DNA of 46,513 bases from Minisyncoccota bacterium (GTDB lineage Bacteria > Patescibacteriota > Minisyncoccia > Phycocordibacterales > JAACPR01), in NCBI GenBank assembly GCA_032117135.1, contig JAULZV010000020.1:1-46513 (forward strand). The letters are read 5' to 3'. A program made the position numbers and the translations under genes. Positions 1 through 7,853 of this stretch are shown in pieces; positions within the stretch are counted from its first letter, which is position 1, and every line of letters begins with the position of its first letter. Below the pieces are notes generated by a model, which saw nothing but the letters and a program-made list of their open reading frames with translations, did no database searches and was not told the DNA's origin.

Positions 1-111
1 CCTTTCTTCAAAAGAAAGATGCTTGTATGTTTTTCTTATTTCTTTCATAGACAATTAATTTAACTTTTACTTGTCCTACTTCAAAGTTCGTTGGAAGATC
101 CTCGTATTTTT

Positions 112-639
112 ATGAAAACGAAAACCGAAACACGTCAAAAAACTGTCTTTGAGGCAGTTGCTCGTAAACTGGAATTAACACTTGAGCACATTGCTCATAA
201 CCGCAAACCAGGGCGTCGGCATGTGCTTATGCGACAGCTTCTTGTCAAAATCAGAGTCGAACCGGATATTTTTCTGGTGTTGTCATCCCTGATTGTGGTG
301 CGTATGTACTTAACTAAGAACATTGCACTCAAGCAGGTGGAGCAGTTTGATAGATTGATTGCGAGAACATTTCGACATGCCTCATGCAAGGCTACTCAGG
401 AAGATGTCGAAAATCTGATATTTCTTAAGGAATGGGTTCAACCTAATGGCCCGTTTAATTTTAGCCCGCTGAGAATCTTGATAGAACTGAGGTTGGCAGA
501 GCTCTCATTGGAAGCTCAAGCAATGATGGGGTCGGATTCGATCACGTCTCAATCGGCTTTTGATCAGGCGCTATGGAAGCAAGAAAACACTGCCCTGCAT
601 TCCATTATAAAAGCTTACAAGCTTAAGGTGCCCACTTGA
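112..639 (+). CDS. hypothetical protein (orphan)
   Basis: Open frame 91-639 (TTG at 91, first ATG at 112, TGA stop). No family motif recognised. Lies on the minority strand, looks more G+C-rich than neighbouring housekeeping genes, and is followed by two hairpins. Confidence 0.45.
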   Translation: MKTKTETRQKTVFEAVARKLELTLEHIAHNRKPGRRHVLMRQLLVKIRVEPDIFLVLSSLIVVRMYLTKNIALKQVEQFDRLIARTFRHASCKATQEDVENLIFLKEWVQPNGPFNFSPLRILIELRLAELSLEAQAMMGSDSITSQSAFDQALWKQENTALHSIIKAYKLKVPT

Positions 640-740
640 ATGAGATTGTTAGAGACACAGAAGGAGAAGTACAGGCCTCCTTCAAAAAATTGATCCTCAC
701 TTTACAGTAACCTTCAAAAGGGTAGAGCAGGATCATCAGA

Positions 741-773
741 GTCGAGCATGCGTAATTGCGTGCTCGACTTTTT
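741..773 (+). terminator. intrinsic terminator-like hairpin
   Basis: GTCGAGCA (741-748) pairs with TGCTCGAC (761-768), 12-nt loop, then TTTTT (769-773). A second hairpin, GAAGGAG/CTCCTTC, lies at 660-683. Confidence 0.5.
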
Positions 774-802
774 CCATTTTTATTCTCTAGAGTGTCTTAT
801 GG

Positions 803-811
803 TGATATAAT
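803..811 (+). promoter_or_regulatory. extended -10 promoter (TGATATAAT), 6 nt before ATG 818
   Basis: TG at 803-804, TATAAT at 806-811, spacer TGTGTA, ATG at 818. The geometry predicts a leaderless transcript. Confidence 0.45.
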
Positions 812-817
812 TGTGTA

Positions 818-1012
818 ATGAAACTAAATGCTCAAGAATCAATCACAATGCAAAAAGAAGCAGAAAATCTGTATTTCAACATTCGCGATGCATATGAGAG
901 TGGTATGACACACTGGAAAGAAGCGCTCTTGGTGACCTTTAGGCAGGATCTCCATCCGATAGTTAAGGAACATGTGAAGTTTCTTATTTTGAGCCATAGG
1001 TCCGGTAAATAA
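818..1012 (+). CDS. hypothetical small protein (64 aa)
   Basis: ATG-initiated ORF placed exactly 6 nt after a perfect extended -10 box. No recognisable motif. Competes with the antisense ORF 839-1150. Confidence 0.45.
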   Translation: MKLNAQESITMQKEAENLYFNIRDAYESGMTHWKEALLVTFRQDLHPIVKEHVKFLILSHRSGK

Positions 1013-1062
1013 TTCTTTACATTCTTGGGTCACATAGGAAAGATGCTTCGAGGATATTTTTT

Positions 1063-1234
1063 GTTTCAGGGGGCTAAAATGGGCAATAATGAAACAATGT
1101 CGCACCACAAGAGTACTTCTGATTTGATAAATCAAATCATGTCGCACCACAAGGGTACTTCTTGTTTCCTAATCACCCCCTAAAGGGGTAATAAGGAAAC
1201 AATGTCGCACAATATATCTTTGCGACTAATATAG
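1063..1234. repeat. three tandem hairpin-plus-box modules (unclassified)
   Basis: The box ATGTCGCACCACAAG[A/G]GTACTTCT occurs at 1097-1120 and 1139-1162 (23/24 identical), with a truncated copy ATGTCGCAC at 1202-1210. Each box follows a hairpin: GTTTCA..TGAAAC at 1063-1095, GATTTGAT-AA-ATCAAATC at 1121-1138, and TGTTTCCT..ACCCC-CTAAA-GGGGT..AGGAAACA at 1163-1201. GTCGCA-N11-TGCGAC lies at 1204-1226. GAAACAATGTCGCAC is identical at 1091-1105 and 1196-1210. Confidence 0.7.
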
Positions 1235-1580
1235 TATATAATACTATGCTTTATATACTCGGTATGAATGATATGTATGGATTGTATTAGTGCTCCTTAT
1301 ATCCATATTGCTTGAGTAGATCTGACTAAATAAAATATCTTTGTGCACAGATGGTAAAATTCACATTTCGAACCATTTTAAATTCATTTTCCTGATTATC
1401 TATGTCCGAGATCAATTTAATATCTTCTGCACTCAATTTTAGATGATCCAGACATCGAATTGCTTTTTTAAAATTCAACCTGGGGCATTGTAGAGGCTCG
1501 AAATTTCAGACTTTTTAGCAGGGGACTCACTTCCCTCTTTGATCAAAGAATTTTTTGATTTGATAAAATTTATTTTTATT

Positions 1581-2834
1581 TTATTTTTCTAAACAATATG
1601 TGCCTGCCACGAATCCAGTAGTCCAACATAGTTGGAGCGAGTATCCACCTGACGGTCGTCTAATATCAAGAAGGTCTCCGGTAATATATAAATTTTTTAT
1701 TTTTAAGGATTGCATGGTCTTGGTATCAATTTCTTCAAGATGGATTCCGCCATCAGCTACAATAGATTTTTCGTATCCTTGTAAGCCACGTACAAAGATG
1801 GGTAAATCTTTAAGAAGATGTACAAGTGATTTTCTAAATTCTTTGGATACTGAGTGAACTGGTGTCATTACATTATACGGAATATGTTTTTGAATAATAA
1901 GATGCGCCGAATGCAACTTAGTAACATCAGAGAGAACATTTTTGAGAAGTTTGTTTTTGTTATACTCAAAAGAAGCAAGAACAAGTTGATCAACCTCTTT
2001 ATGATTAAGGTGTGGATGAAGATCAATTGATGCAGTGATCGAACCACTTTGAAGTGCATCTTGGAGTTTGTGTGAATTATTCAAAATCACCGGCCCAGAA
2101 AGTCCTTCATGAGTACATAACACTCGTCCAATACATGAAAAATATTTTTTACCATCTACTGCAACTGTTATTTTGACATCATCAATTGCTGTTCCTGAGT
2201 GAGCATGAATCCACGTATCTGATACATTCCACGGAACAAGTGTTGGTGTTGGTTTTTTGATGTTGTGACCAAGTTTTTTGAGCCATTCAAATCCATCTCC
2301 TGTCGAACCTGTTTCGGGGTGGGAGAGTCCTCCTGTTGCGATAATAAAAGAATCAGCGGTCAACGTCTCCCCTTTTTGAGTTTCGATTGATTGAATAAGT
2401 GAGTCTGACGCATTAATTTTTTGAATAGTGGTGTTGGTCAAAATAGTGATGTTGGGCATATCACAGTATCGTATCATTGCAGCGGTAACATCGGTTGCTT
2501 TTTCGGACATGGGAAATGCTCGATTGCGATCTTGAACAACTACGGGTACATCTAACAATTCAAAAAAATCAATCGTATCTTGAACACCGAATTGATCAAA
2601 CATCGAGTACAAAAACTTTTCTGCTCTGCCATATTGCGCAAGTAACTCTTTGGTATCAAACGTGGCATTTGTAATATTACATCTACCACCTCCCGTAATC
2701 GAAAGTTTCTCCCCTAGCCTCTTGTTTTTTTCGATGAGAGCAATTGTGGCTTGAGGATATTGCCTAGCGGCGTGGCCCGCAGCCATCATCCCGGACGCAC
2801 CTCCTCCTATGACTATAATATTGTAGTGATTCAT
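1581..2834 (-). CDS. HI0933/BaiN-like FAD-dependent oxidoreductase (YhiN family)
   Basis: N-terminal Rossmann motif IIVIGGGASGMMAAG, ITGGGRCNITN and a C-terminal GGYSLQ-type motif. Start set at MNHYNIIVIGGG (2834), supported by TGTTATACT 10 nt upstream. Confidence 0.85.
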   Translation of the reverse strand: MNHYNIIVIGGGASGMMAAGHAARQYPQATIALIEKNKRLGEKLSITGGGRCNITNATFDTKELLAQYGRAEKFLYSMFDQFGVQDTIDFFELLDVPVVVQDRNRAFPMSEKATDVTAAMIRYCDMPNITILTNTTIQKINASDSLIQSIETQKGETLTADSFIIATGGLSHPETGSTGDGFEWLKKLGHNIKKPTPTLVPWNVSDTWIHAHSGTAIDDVKITVAVDGKKYFSCIGRVLCTHEGLSGPVILNNSHKLQDALQSGSITASIDLHPHLNHKEVDQLVLASFEYNKNKLLKNVLSDVTKLHSAHLIIQKHIPYNVMTPVHSVSKEFRKSLVHLLKDLPIFVRGLQGYEKSIVADGGIHLEEIDTKTMQSLKIKNLYITGDLLDIRRPSGGYSLQLCWTTGFVAGTYCLEK

Positions 2835-2844
2835 GATGATTGGG

Positions 2845-2853
2845 AGTATAACA
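2845..2853 (-). promoter_or_regulatory. extended -10 (TGTTATACT), N10 before ATG 2834
   Basis: The minus strand reads TGTTATACT-CCCAATCATC-ATG. Confidence 0.45.
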
Positions 2854-2891
2854 CAAAATATGAAAATGAAGTTTAGAAATAGACCGTGTTC

Positions 2892-2900
2892 TGGTATACT
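2892..2900 (+). promoter_or_regulatory. extended -10 (TGGTATACT), N10 before ATG 2911
   Basis: TGGTATACT-TTTGTTATCT-ATG. Divergent partner of the 2845-2853 element. Confidence 0.45.
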
Positions 2901-2910
2901 TTTGTTATCT

Positions 2911-3588
2911 ATGAAATACATGAAAGAGCATGCGAAGTCGATTATAGTTATTGGCGCATTACTTATTTTATCGTTTATATTGTTTGCTTATGTAGACGCA
3001 GAAGCAATGCGTCTTGCTATCGAAAGTGCAGGTCCATGGGCACCGATTTTGTATATAATTGCCAAAATATCAACAGTGGTGTTTGCACCTTTATCTGGAA
3101 CTATTCTGTATGTGTTCTCAGTTCCTATTTTTGGTTTTTGGCCAGCGGTCGCATATTCTCTAATCGGTGACTTTATCGGTGCGACTATTACATTTTATTT
3201 GAGTAGATTTTACGGAAGACCTGTTGTTCAGTATTTTATGGGTCAAAAAAACATGATCCATATCGAAAATGCTCTAGAAATCATGTCTACCCGCAAAGGT
3301 TTTGTGAGTATGCGCCTTGCAGCTATTAGTATGCCCGAGATTGCCAGTTACGCTGCTGGTCTTACCAAAATCGCCTACACACCTTTTATTTTGATTCATA
3401 TGGGCGTTAATCTCTTCCCTACTTTTGTATTGTGTGCAACAGGACTCTTTATCGGATCTGATACTCCTGCATGGCTTAGTGCGGTTGGTATTGCAACCGT
3501 AGGTCTTGTGACAGTTGGAAGTATCGCAGTTTTTGTTTTTATGCTTAAACGAGAGAATGATAAAAAGAAAAATACAACATCGTTGTAA
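2911..3588 (+). CDS. TVP38/TMEM64 (VTT/DedA-like) family membrane protein
   Basis: Multi-TM protein containing FAPLSGTILYVFSVPIFGFWPAVAYSLIGDFIGATITFYLSRFYGRP, which is typical of the VTT domain. Start chosen at MKYMKEH from the promoter position. Confidence 0.75.
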   Translation: MKYMKEHAKSIIVIGALLILSFILFAYVDAEAMRLAIESAGPWAPILYIIAKISTVVFAPLSGTILYVFSVPIFGFWPAVAYSLIGDFIGATITFYLSRFYGRPVVQYFMGQKNMIHIENALEIMSTRKGFVSMRLAAISMPEIASYAAGLTKIAYTPFILIHMGVNLFPTFVLCATGLFIGSDTPAWLSAVGIATVGLVTVGSIAVFVFMLKRENDKKKNTTSL

Positions 3589-3637
3589 TAATATATAACC
3601 ATACGTAATTACATTGAAACTGACGAACGATACATTA

Positions 3638-3835
3638 TTATGCTCGTTTCAAAATAGAAGTGAAGAAACTGATCAAGAATTCGATTCCGTGTACAATAAA
3701 ATTAAATAACCAACTTATAAGAGGCTCAATAAAACTTTCCCATAATTCGACTGGATTTTTGCCAAACAAAATTGCTAATACAACAAAAATAACTACGATA
3801 GCGATGATTTGCAAAAATCCTTTTTCTTTATTCAT
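3638..3835 (-). CDS. small membrane protein (65 aa), hypothetical
   Basis: Two hydrophobic helices. ATG lies 6 nt after TGATATACT (3842-3850), the same module used by housekeeping genes. Confidence 0.6.
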   Translation of the reverse strand: MNKEKGFLQIIAIVVIFVVLAILFGKNPVELWESFIEPLISWLFNFIVHGIEFLISFFTSILKRA

Positions 3836-3841
3836 GTCGAC

Positions 3842-3850
3842 AGTATATCA
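3842..3850 (-). promoter_or_regulatory. extended -10 (TGATATACT), N6 before ATG 3835
   Basis: The minus strand reads TGATATACT-GTCGAC-ATG. Confidence 0.45.
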
Positions 3851-3871
3851 TAAAGCTCTTGTGGAAGACTG

Positions 3872-5287
3872 CTATAAAGCAGGAAGATATGTCATAGGGT
3901 CGAGATATGCGTCAGTATCTGCAAATGGTCCTGATGCGTTAGTTGCGGCGCACCCTGAGCCTCCTGGTTTGTAGGCTCCATATTTACCAATCCGAAGTCC
4001 TTGTGTGATATAGAGTGACAAGTGAAGATGTGGACCTGTGCTGATACCTGTATTACCTGAGAGCGCAATAACTTCACCCTTTTCAACACGTTGTCCTGTA
4101 GATACAAGAGAGCTCGAAAGATGGGCATATAAGCTTGAAAGGCCGTTATCATGCTCAACTACGATCCAGCGACCCCACGCATAACATCCTGGATATGCAT
4201 CAGTATTATCTTGTCCTTTGATAACTCCGGCCTCCAAAGATTTGATTTTGGTTCCAATTGGCATACCAAAATCAGTTCCAGGGTGATATGCTCGACCATA
4301 AATACCGGGATTATTTTTGGCAAAATCAGTACCTCCAAATTGTTGAGTGATTCTAATAGTGTCTGCTGGCCACCCTAATATTCCACGGCTCGCAGCAGGA
4401 TATGTTCCGGGATCAATCAAAATTTTGATTTGAGATTCGATACTTCGCACCAGTGTTTCAAACTGTTCTCGCTTTGCTTGATTTTCTTTGAGAAGTTGCT
4501 CGTATTTTGATTGTTCACTCTTGGTTGCAGATAGGAGACTTGTCTGAGCATTTTGAGTTGAGATAACGGTGTTTTGTTGTGCAGCCAAAATCTGCCGCTC
4601 TTTTTCGAGCTCTTCCTTTGTTTGTTCCTCCTCTGATTTTTTTTGACTTAATTCACGATTCAGATTGAGAAGTTCGTATTTTTTGTTGATAAGCATCTCT
4701 TTGAAGCGTCGTACTTCAATTATTTCTGACAAAAAATCAGAGATTGATTGAGAATCAAAAGCAAGCTCCAAAAATGCCACATCTCGATGTTTACTCATTG
4801 TTCTGAGTGATTCAGCAAGCCCTTCTTGTGAATTTTCGATTCGCTTTTCTTTTTCGGTCATTTCAAGATCAAGCTTTTCGATTTCGAGTTGTGATTTGGC
4901 AATAATGTTTTGTGTTCGACTCACATCGCTTTGTAATTTTTTACGAGTCGCATTAAGCGAATTAATTTGAGCTTGAATCTCACCTGCTTTTGATGAAGTA
5001 GTCTGGATTAATTTTTTTTGCTCTTCAATTTCTCGATCAATTTTTTTGATTTGATCACTGTAATCATCGATTTGTTTGTTCAATGTCTCGATTGCCGCAC
5101 CACCTCTTCCGAACTCTTCTTTTTCAAGATTGAGCAGAATATGTGTTTCGGAATGATCATGATCATCATGGTCATCGTGACTCTCTTGTGCACGAACAAC
5201 AACAAAGTAAGTGCTAAAAATTAAAAAACAAAGTATCGATACCTTCAAAATAGTGGTGATGTATTCTCTAGATCTTCGAAATTCCAT
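3872..5287 (-). CDS. M23 family metallopeptidase with long coiled-coil (EnvC-like architecture)
   Basis: Signal-anchor, about 250 aa of heptad-like Q/E/K-rich sequence, and C-terminal M23 motifs HPGTDFG and GNTGISTGPHLHL. His/Asp tract HDDHDDHDHSETH at 5141-5179. Confidence 0.85.
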   Translation of the reverse strand: MEFRRSREYITTILKVSILCFLIFSTYFVVVRAQESHDDHDDHDHSETHILLNLEKEEFGRGGAAIETLNKQIDDYSDQIKKIDREIEEQKKLIQTTSSKAGEIQAQINSLNATRKKLQSDVSRTQNIIAKSQLEIEKLDLEMTEKEKRIENSQEGLAESLRTMSKHRDVAFLELAFDSQSISDFLSEIIEVRRFKEMLINKKYELLNLNRELSQKKSEEEQTKEELEKERQILAAQQNTVISTQNAQTSLLSATKSEQSKYEQLLKENQAKREQFETLVRSIESQIKILIDPGTYPAASRGILGWPADTIRITQQFGGTDFAKNNPGIYGRAYHPGTDFGMPIGTKIKSLEAGVIKGQDNTDAYPGCYAWGRWIVVEHDNGLSSLYAHLSSSLVSTGQRVEKGEVIALSGNTGISTGPHLHLSLYITQGLRIGKYGAYKPGGSGCAATNASGPFADTDAYLDPMTYLPAL

Positions 5288-6602
5288 CCTCTAATCTTAC
5301 CAGACTTTTGTCTTTTCCAAGAATCTCCATACTCACAAACGGATCAGGAGACCTATCAAGTCCTGACAATAGATATCTCACAGGCCACAATACTGCTCCT
5401 CTCCCCTTCTCTGTTGCGTAATCCCAGAGAGCCTCTTTGAGGTTTTGAGCCTTAAAATCGCTATCCTCGAGGTGTTTGAGAGCCGAAATGACATGGGAGA
5501 CATATTCGATTGTTTGCTCCCGTGTACTATCTTTCCAGATGGCTTTAGAAGGAGTTTCTAAATCGATAGTTGGATAGATCAAATAGCCAAATTCTCCAGT
5601 ATGCTTGGTAACTTCTGTAATGTCTGAATATATAGTAATTCGTTCTCGTATCAATGTGAGAATAAGAGGGTTTTCGATCTCTAATTTGGAGTACTCGTTT
5701 ACAATACGAGTGAATTCTTCATCTGAGAGTTTTTTGATGTGTTCTTTATTGAACCATCCAAGTTTTTCTATATCAAAAATTGCGCCGCCTTTTTGTATAC
5801 GAGAAATGTCAAAAGCTTGAATGAGTTCATCTAGGGTAAAAACTTCCTGATCATCTTCTGGGTGCCACCCAAGAAATGCAAGAAAGTTAATAATTGCTTC
5901 TTTGGTATACCCAAGACCTACATATTGGTCAATTGATGTTGCGCCATCTCGCTTAGAAAGCTTTTTTCTTTCTTTTGAAAGGATGAGTGGGATATGTGCG
6001 TAAAGTGGTTGAATTGCTCCGATTGCACGCTGTATCAAAATCTGTCGGGGAGTATTTGAGATATGATCTTCTCCTCGAATGACATGCGATATGTTCATCT
6101 CATGATCATCTACCACAACCGCAAGATGATACAAAGGTTCTTCTAAGGATTTAGCAATCACAAAATCACTCAAGTCAGTGGTATCAAAAGAAATATCACC
6201 CCGAATCATATCAGTGAATGTAATTTTTGTATTTGGATTTTTGAATCGAATAACCGAAGCGCGTTGCCCTTCTTCTCGAGCTTCTTCTTGAGATTCGTAT
6301 GCGAAACCATCTTCAATCATTTTTAAAAGATATGTTTTGTAGAGAGAGGTTCGTTCTGATTGTCTATAGAATTCATCATACTCCATCCCGAGTTGTTTCA
6401 TTCCGTCAAGAATATTTTTTTCGTATTCGAGAGTACTTCGTTCTTTGTCCGTGTCTTCAATACGAACAATAAAAGCACCGCCGTTTTTTTGAGCAAATAA
6501 ATAGTTGAATAATGCGGTTCGTGCAGTCCCAATATGCAAATTACCGGTCGGTGAAGGTGCAATTCGGACACGTACAGCGGGGTTGGTGGGATTATTTTTC
6601 AT
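5268..6602 (-). CDS. gltX: glutamate--tRNA ligase
   Basis: RVRIAPSPTGNLHIGTARTALFNY (HIGH-type motif) and KLSKR (KMSKS-type motif). Start set at MKNNPT. Overlaps murG by 11 nt and the M23 gene by 20 nt. Confidence 0.9.
   Translation of the reverse strand: MKNNPTNPAVRVRIAPSPTGNLHIGTARTALFNYLFAQKNGGAFIVRIEDTDKERSTLEYEKNILDGMKQLGMEYDEFYRQSERTSLYKTYLLKMIEDGFAYESQEEAREEGQRASVIRFKNPNTKITFTDMIRGDISFDTTDLSDFVIAKSLEEPLYHLAVVVDDHEMNISHVIRGEDHISNTPRQILIQRAIGAIQPLYAHIPLILSKERKKLSKRDGATSIDQYVGLGYTKEAIINFLAFLGWHPEDDQEVFTLDELIQAFDISRIQKGGAIFDIEKLGWFNKEHIKKLSDEEFTRIVNEYSKLEIENPLILTLIRERITIYSDITEVTKHTGEFGYLIYPTIDLETPSKAIWKDSTREQTIEYVSHVISALKHLEDSDFKAQNLKEALWDYATEKGRGAVLWPVRYLLSGLDRSPDPFVSMEILGKDKSLVRLEDGISKI
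5294..5302 (-). promoter_or_regulatory. extended -10-like (TGGTAAGAT), N6 before ATG 5287
   Basis: The minus strand reads TGGTAAGAT-TAGAGG-ATG. The element lies inside the 3' end of gltX. Confidence 0.35.
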
Positions 6603-7719
6603 GTGACACCACTGTATCAATAATCTGCCTTGCAATCAAACGTCCTGCATCTGGCTTTGCAAAATGCTCTGCACCTTTTTTCATTTCTTCGAGGAGTTCG
6701 GGTCGAGAAAGTAATCTGTGTATTTCGGCCAAAAAAATCTCAGGAGTAAGGTTATTTTCTTCGATAACAATACATGCACCTGATCGAGCATAGTGATACG
6801 CATTTTTGCGTTGATGATCGTTATTAGTTTCGGTAATAGGGATAATAATACTTGGTTTGTGCCATGATGCGATTTCAAAAATAGTTGATCCTGCACGAGA
6901 AATGACAAGATCAGCTGCACCTGCAGACATTTTCATGGCGGTATCATTAAGATAGGCAAAACAAGTATATCGCTCAGCATTAGGATTTGACTTAAGGAGA
7001 AGTGAGGTTGTCTCGCTCACTTCTTTAAAATTATTTTTGCCTGTTTGATGTATGATTTGATATTTTTCGACAAGTTCGGGAAGTGTATCTATAATAATAT
7101 TATTAATCACTTGTGCACCTTGAGAACCTCCTGTTATCAAAATAGTCTTCATGGATGAATCGAAGTTGAGATATTGATGCGCACCATCAAGTACAGGTGT
7201 TTTGATCTCATCACGAACAGGATTACCAGTCCACGCTGTTTTTTTGGTATCAAAATAATGCACCGCGTCAGGATATGATATGGCTATTTTTTGAGCAAAT
7301 TTACCTGCCCACACATTAGCTCTCCCTGGCGCACTATCAGACTCATGTATAATCAATGGAATTCTCCAAAATCGAGCAGCAAACACTACGGGAACACTCC
7401 CATACCCTCCTTTACTAAAAACAACATCGGGATAGATCCAAAATATTTTCCAAATCGCCTCGACAATACCGAAAGCAATTTTGAACTTATCCAAAAAATT
7501 CAAGAAAGATGGGTACACTCTTTGTTTGCCTGACATAACTCGTTTATATGTAATACCATTATCAAAAAGTATTCCTTTGTTATATGGATCCGGGGCCATA
7601 AAGTACATATCTGGTTCGATAAGATGCTCTTCTCTAATGAGTCGACGTAATTCTTGCGTAACAGAAATAAGAGGATAAAAATGCCCGCCAGTTTGTCCTC
7701 CTGTAAATACTATTTTCAT
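6592..7719 (-). CDS. murG: UDP-GlcNAc--lipid I N-acetylglucosamine transferase
   Basis: MKIVFTGGQTGGHFYPLISV N-terminus, plus ITGGSQGA and SRAGSTIFE motifs typical of MurG. Confidence 0.9.
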   Translation of the reverse strand: MKIVFTGGQTGGHFYPLISVTQELRRLIREEHLIEPDMYFMAPDPYNKGILFDNGITYKRVMSGKQRVYPSFLNFLDKFKIAFGIVEAIWKIFWIYPDVVFSKGGYGSVPVVFAARFWRIPLIIHESDSAPGRANVWAGKFAQKIAISYPDAVHYFDTKKTAWTGNPVRDEIKTPVLDGAHQYLNFDSSMKTILITGGSQGAQVINNIIIDTLPELVEKYQIIHQTGKNNFKEVSETTSLLLKSNPNAERYTCFAYLNDTAMKMSAGAADLVISRAGSTIFEIASWHKPSIIIPITETNNDHQRKNAYHYARSGACIVIEENNLTPEIFLAEIHRLLSRPELLEEMKKGAEHFAKPDAGRLIARQIIDTVVSHEK

Positions 7720-7725
7720 AGAATG

Positions 7726-7731
7726 ATTATA
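7726..7731 (-). promoter_or_regulatory. -10 box TATAAT, N6 before murG ATG 7719
   Basis: The minus strand reads TATAAT-CATTCT-ATG. Confidence 0.4.
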
Positions 7732-7853
7732 CTACAAGTATTGCAAATACGACTGTTGAAAAGAGGTGGGTACTTATGTGCCACATGTACAGGTTTTCGA
7801 CTGTTTTACTGATCTACTGTCATATTTTTGAAATATGTAAGATATAGATATTT

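Noticed and set aside
839-1150. 103-aa minus-strand ORF from the track
   Set aside because: It overlaps the whole 818-1012 plus-strand ORF and begins inside the repeat boxes, so its repeated VRH is just the translated box. It has no promoter module at its start, whereas the 818 ORF has a perfect TGATATAAT-N6-ATG. It is probably spurious, though I cannot formally exclude it.
1063-1201. CRISPR array, suggested by the GTTTC...GAAAC-type 33-39-nt palindromic units
   Set aside because: There are only two degenerate copies, spaced 100 nt start to start. There is no regular repeat-spacer periodicity and no cas gene in the window. At most this is a decayed remnant, so it is reported as an unclassified repeat instead.
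1013-1580. Replication origin, suggested by iteron-like boxes next to an AT-rich stretch
   Set aside because: I found no TTATCCACA-like DnaA boxes and no dnaA or dnaN nearby. The flanking genes converge on the gap, which is the opposite of what is expected at an origin.
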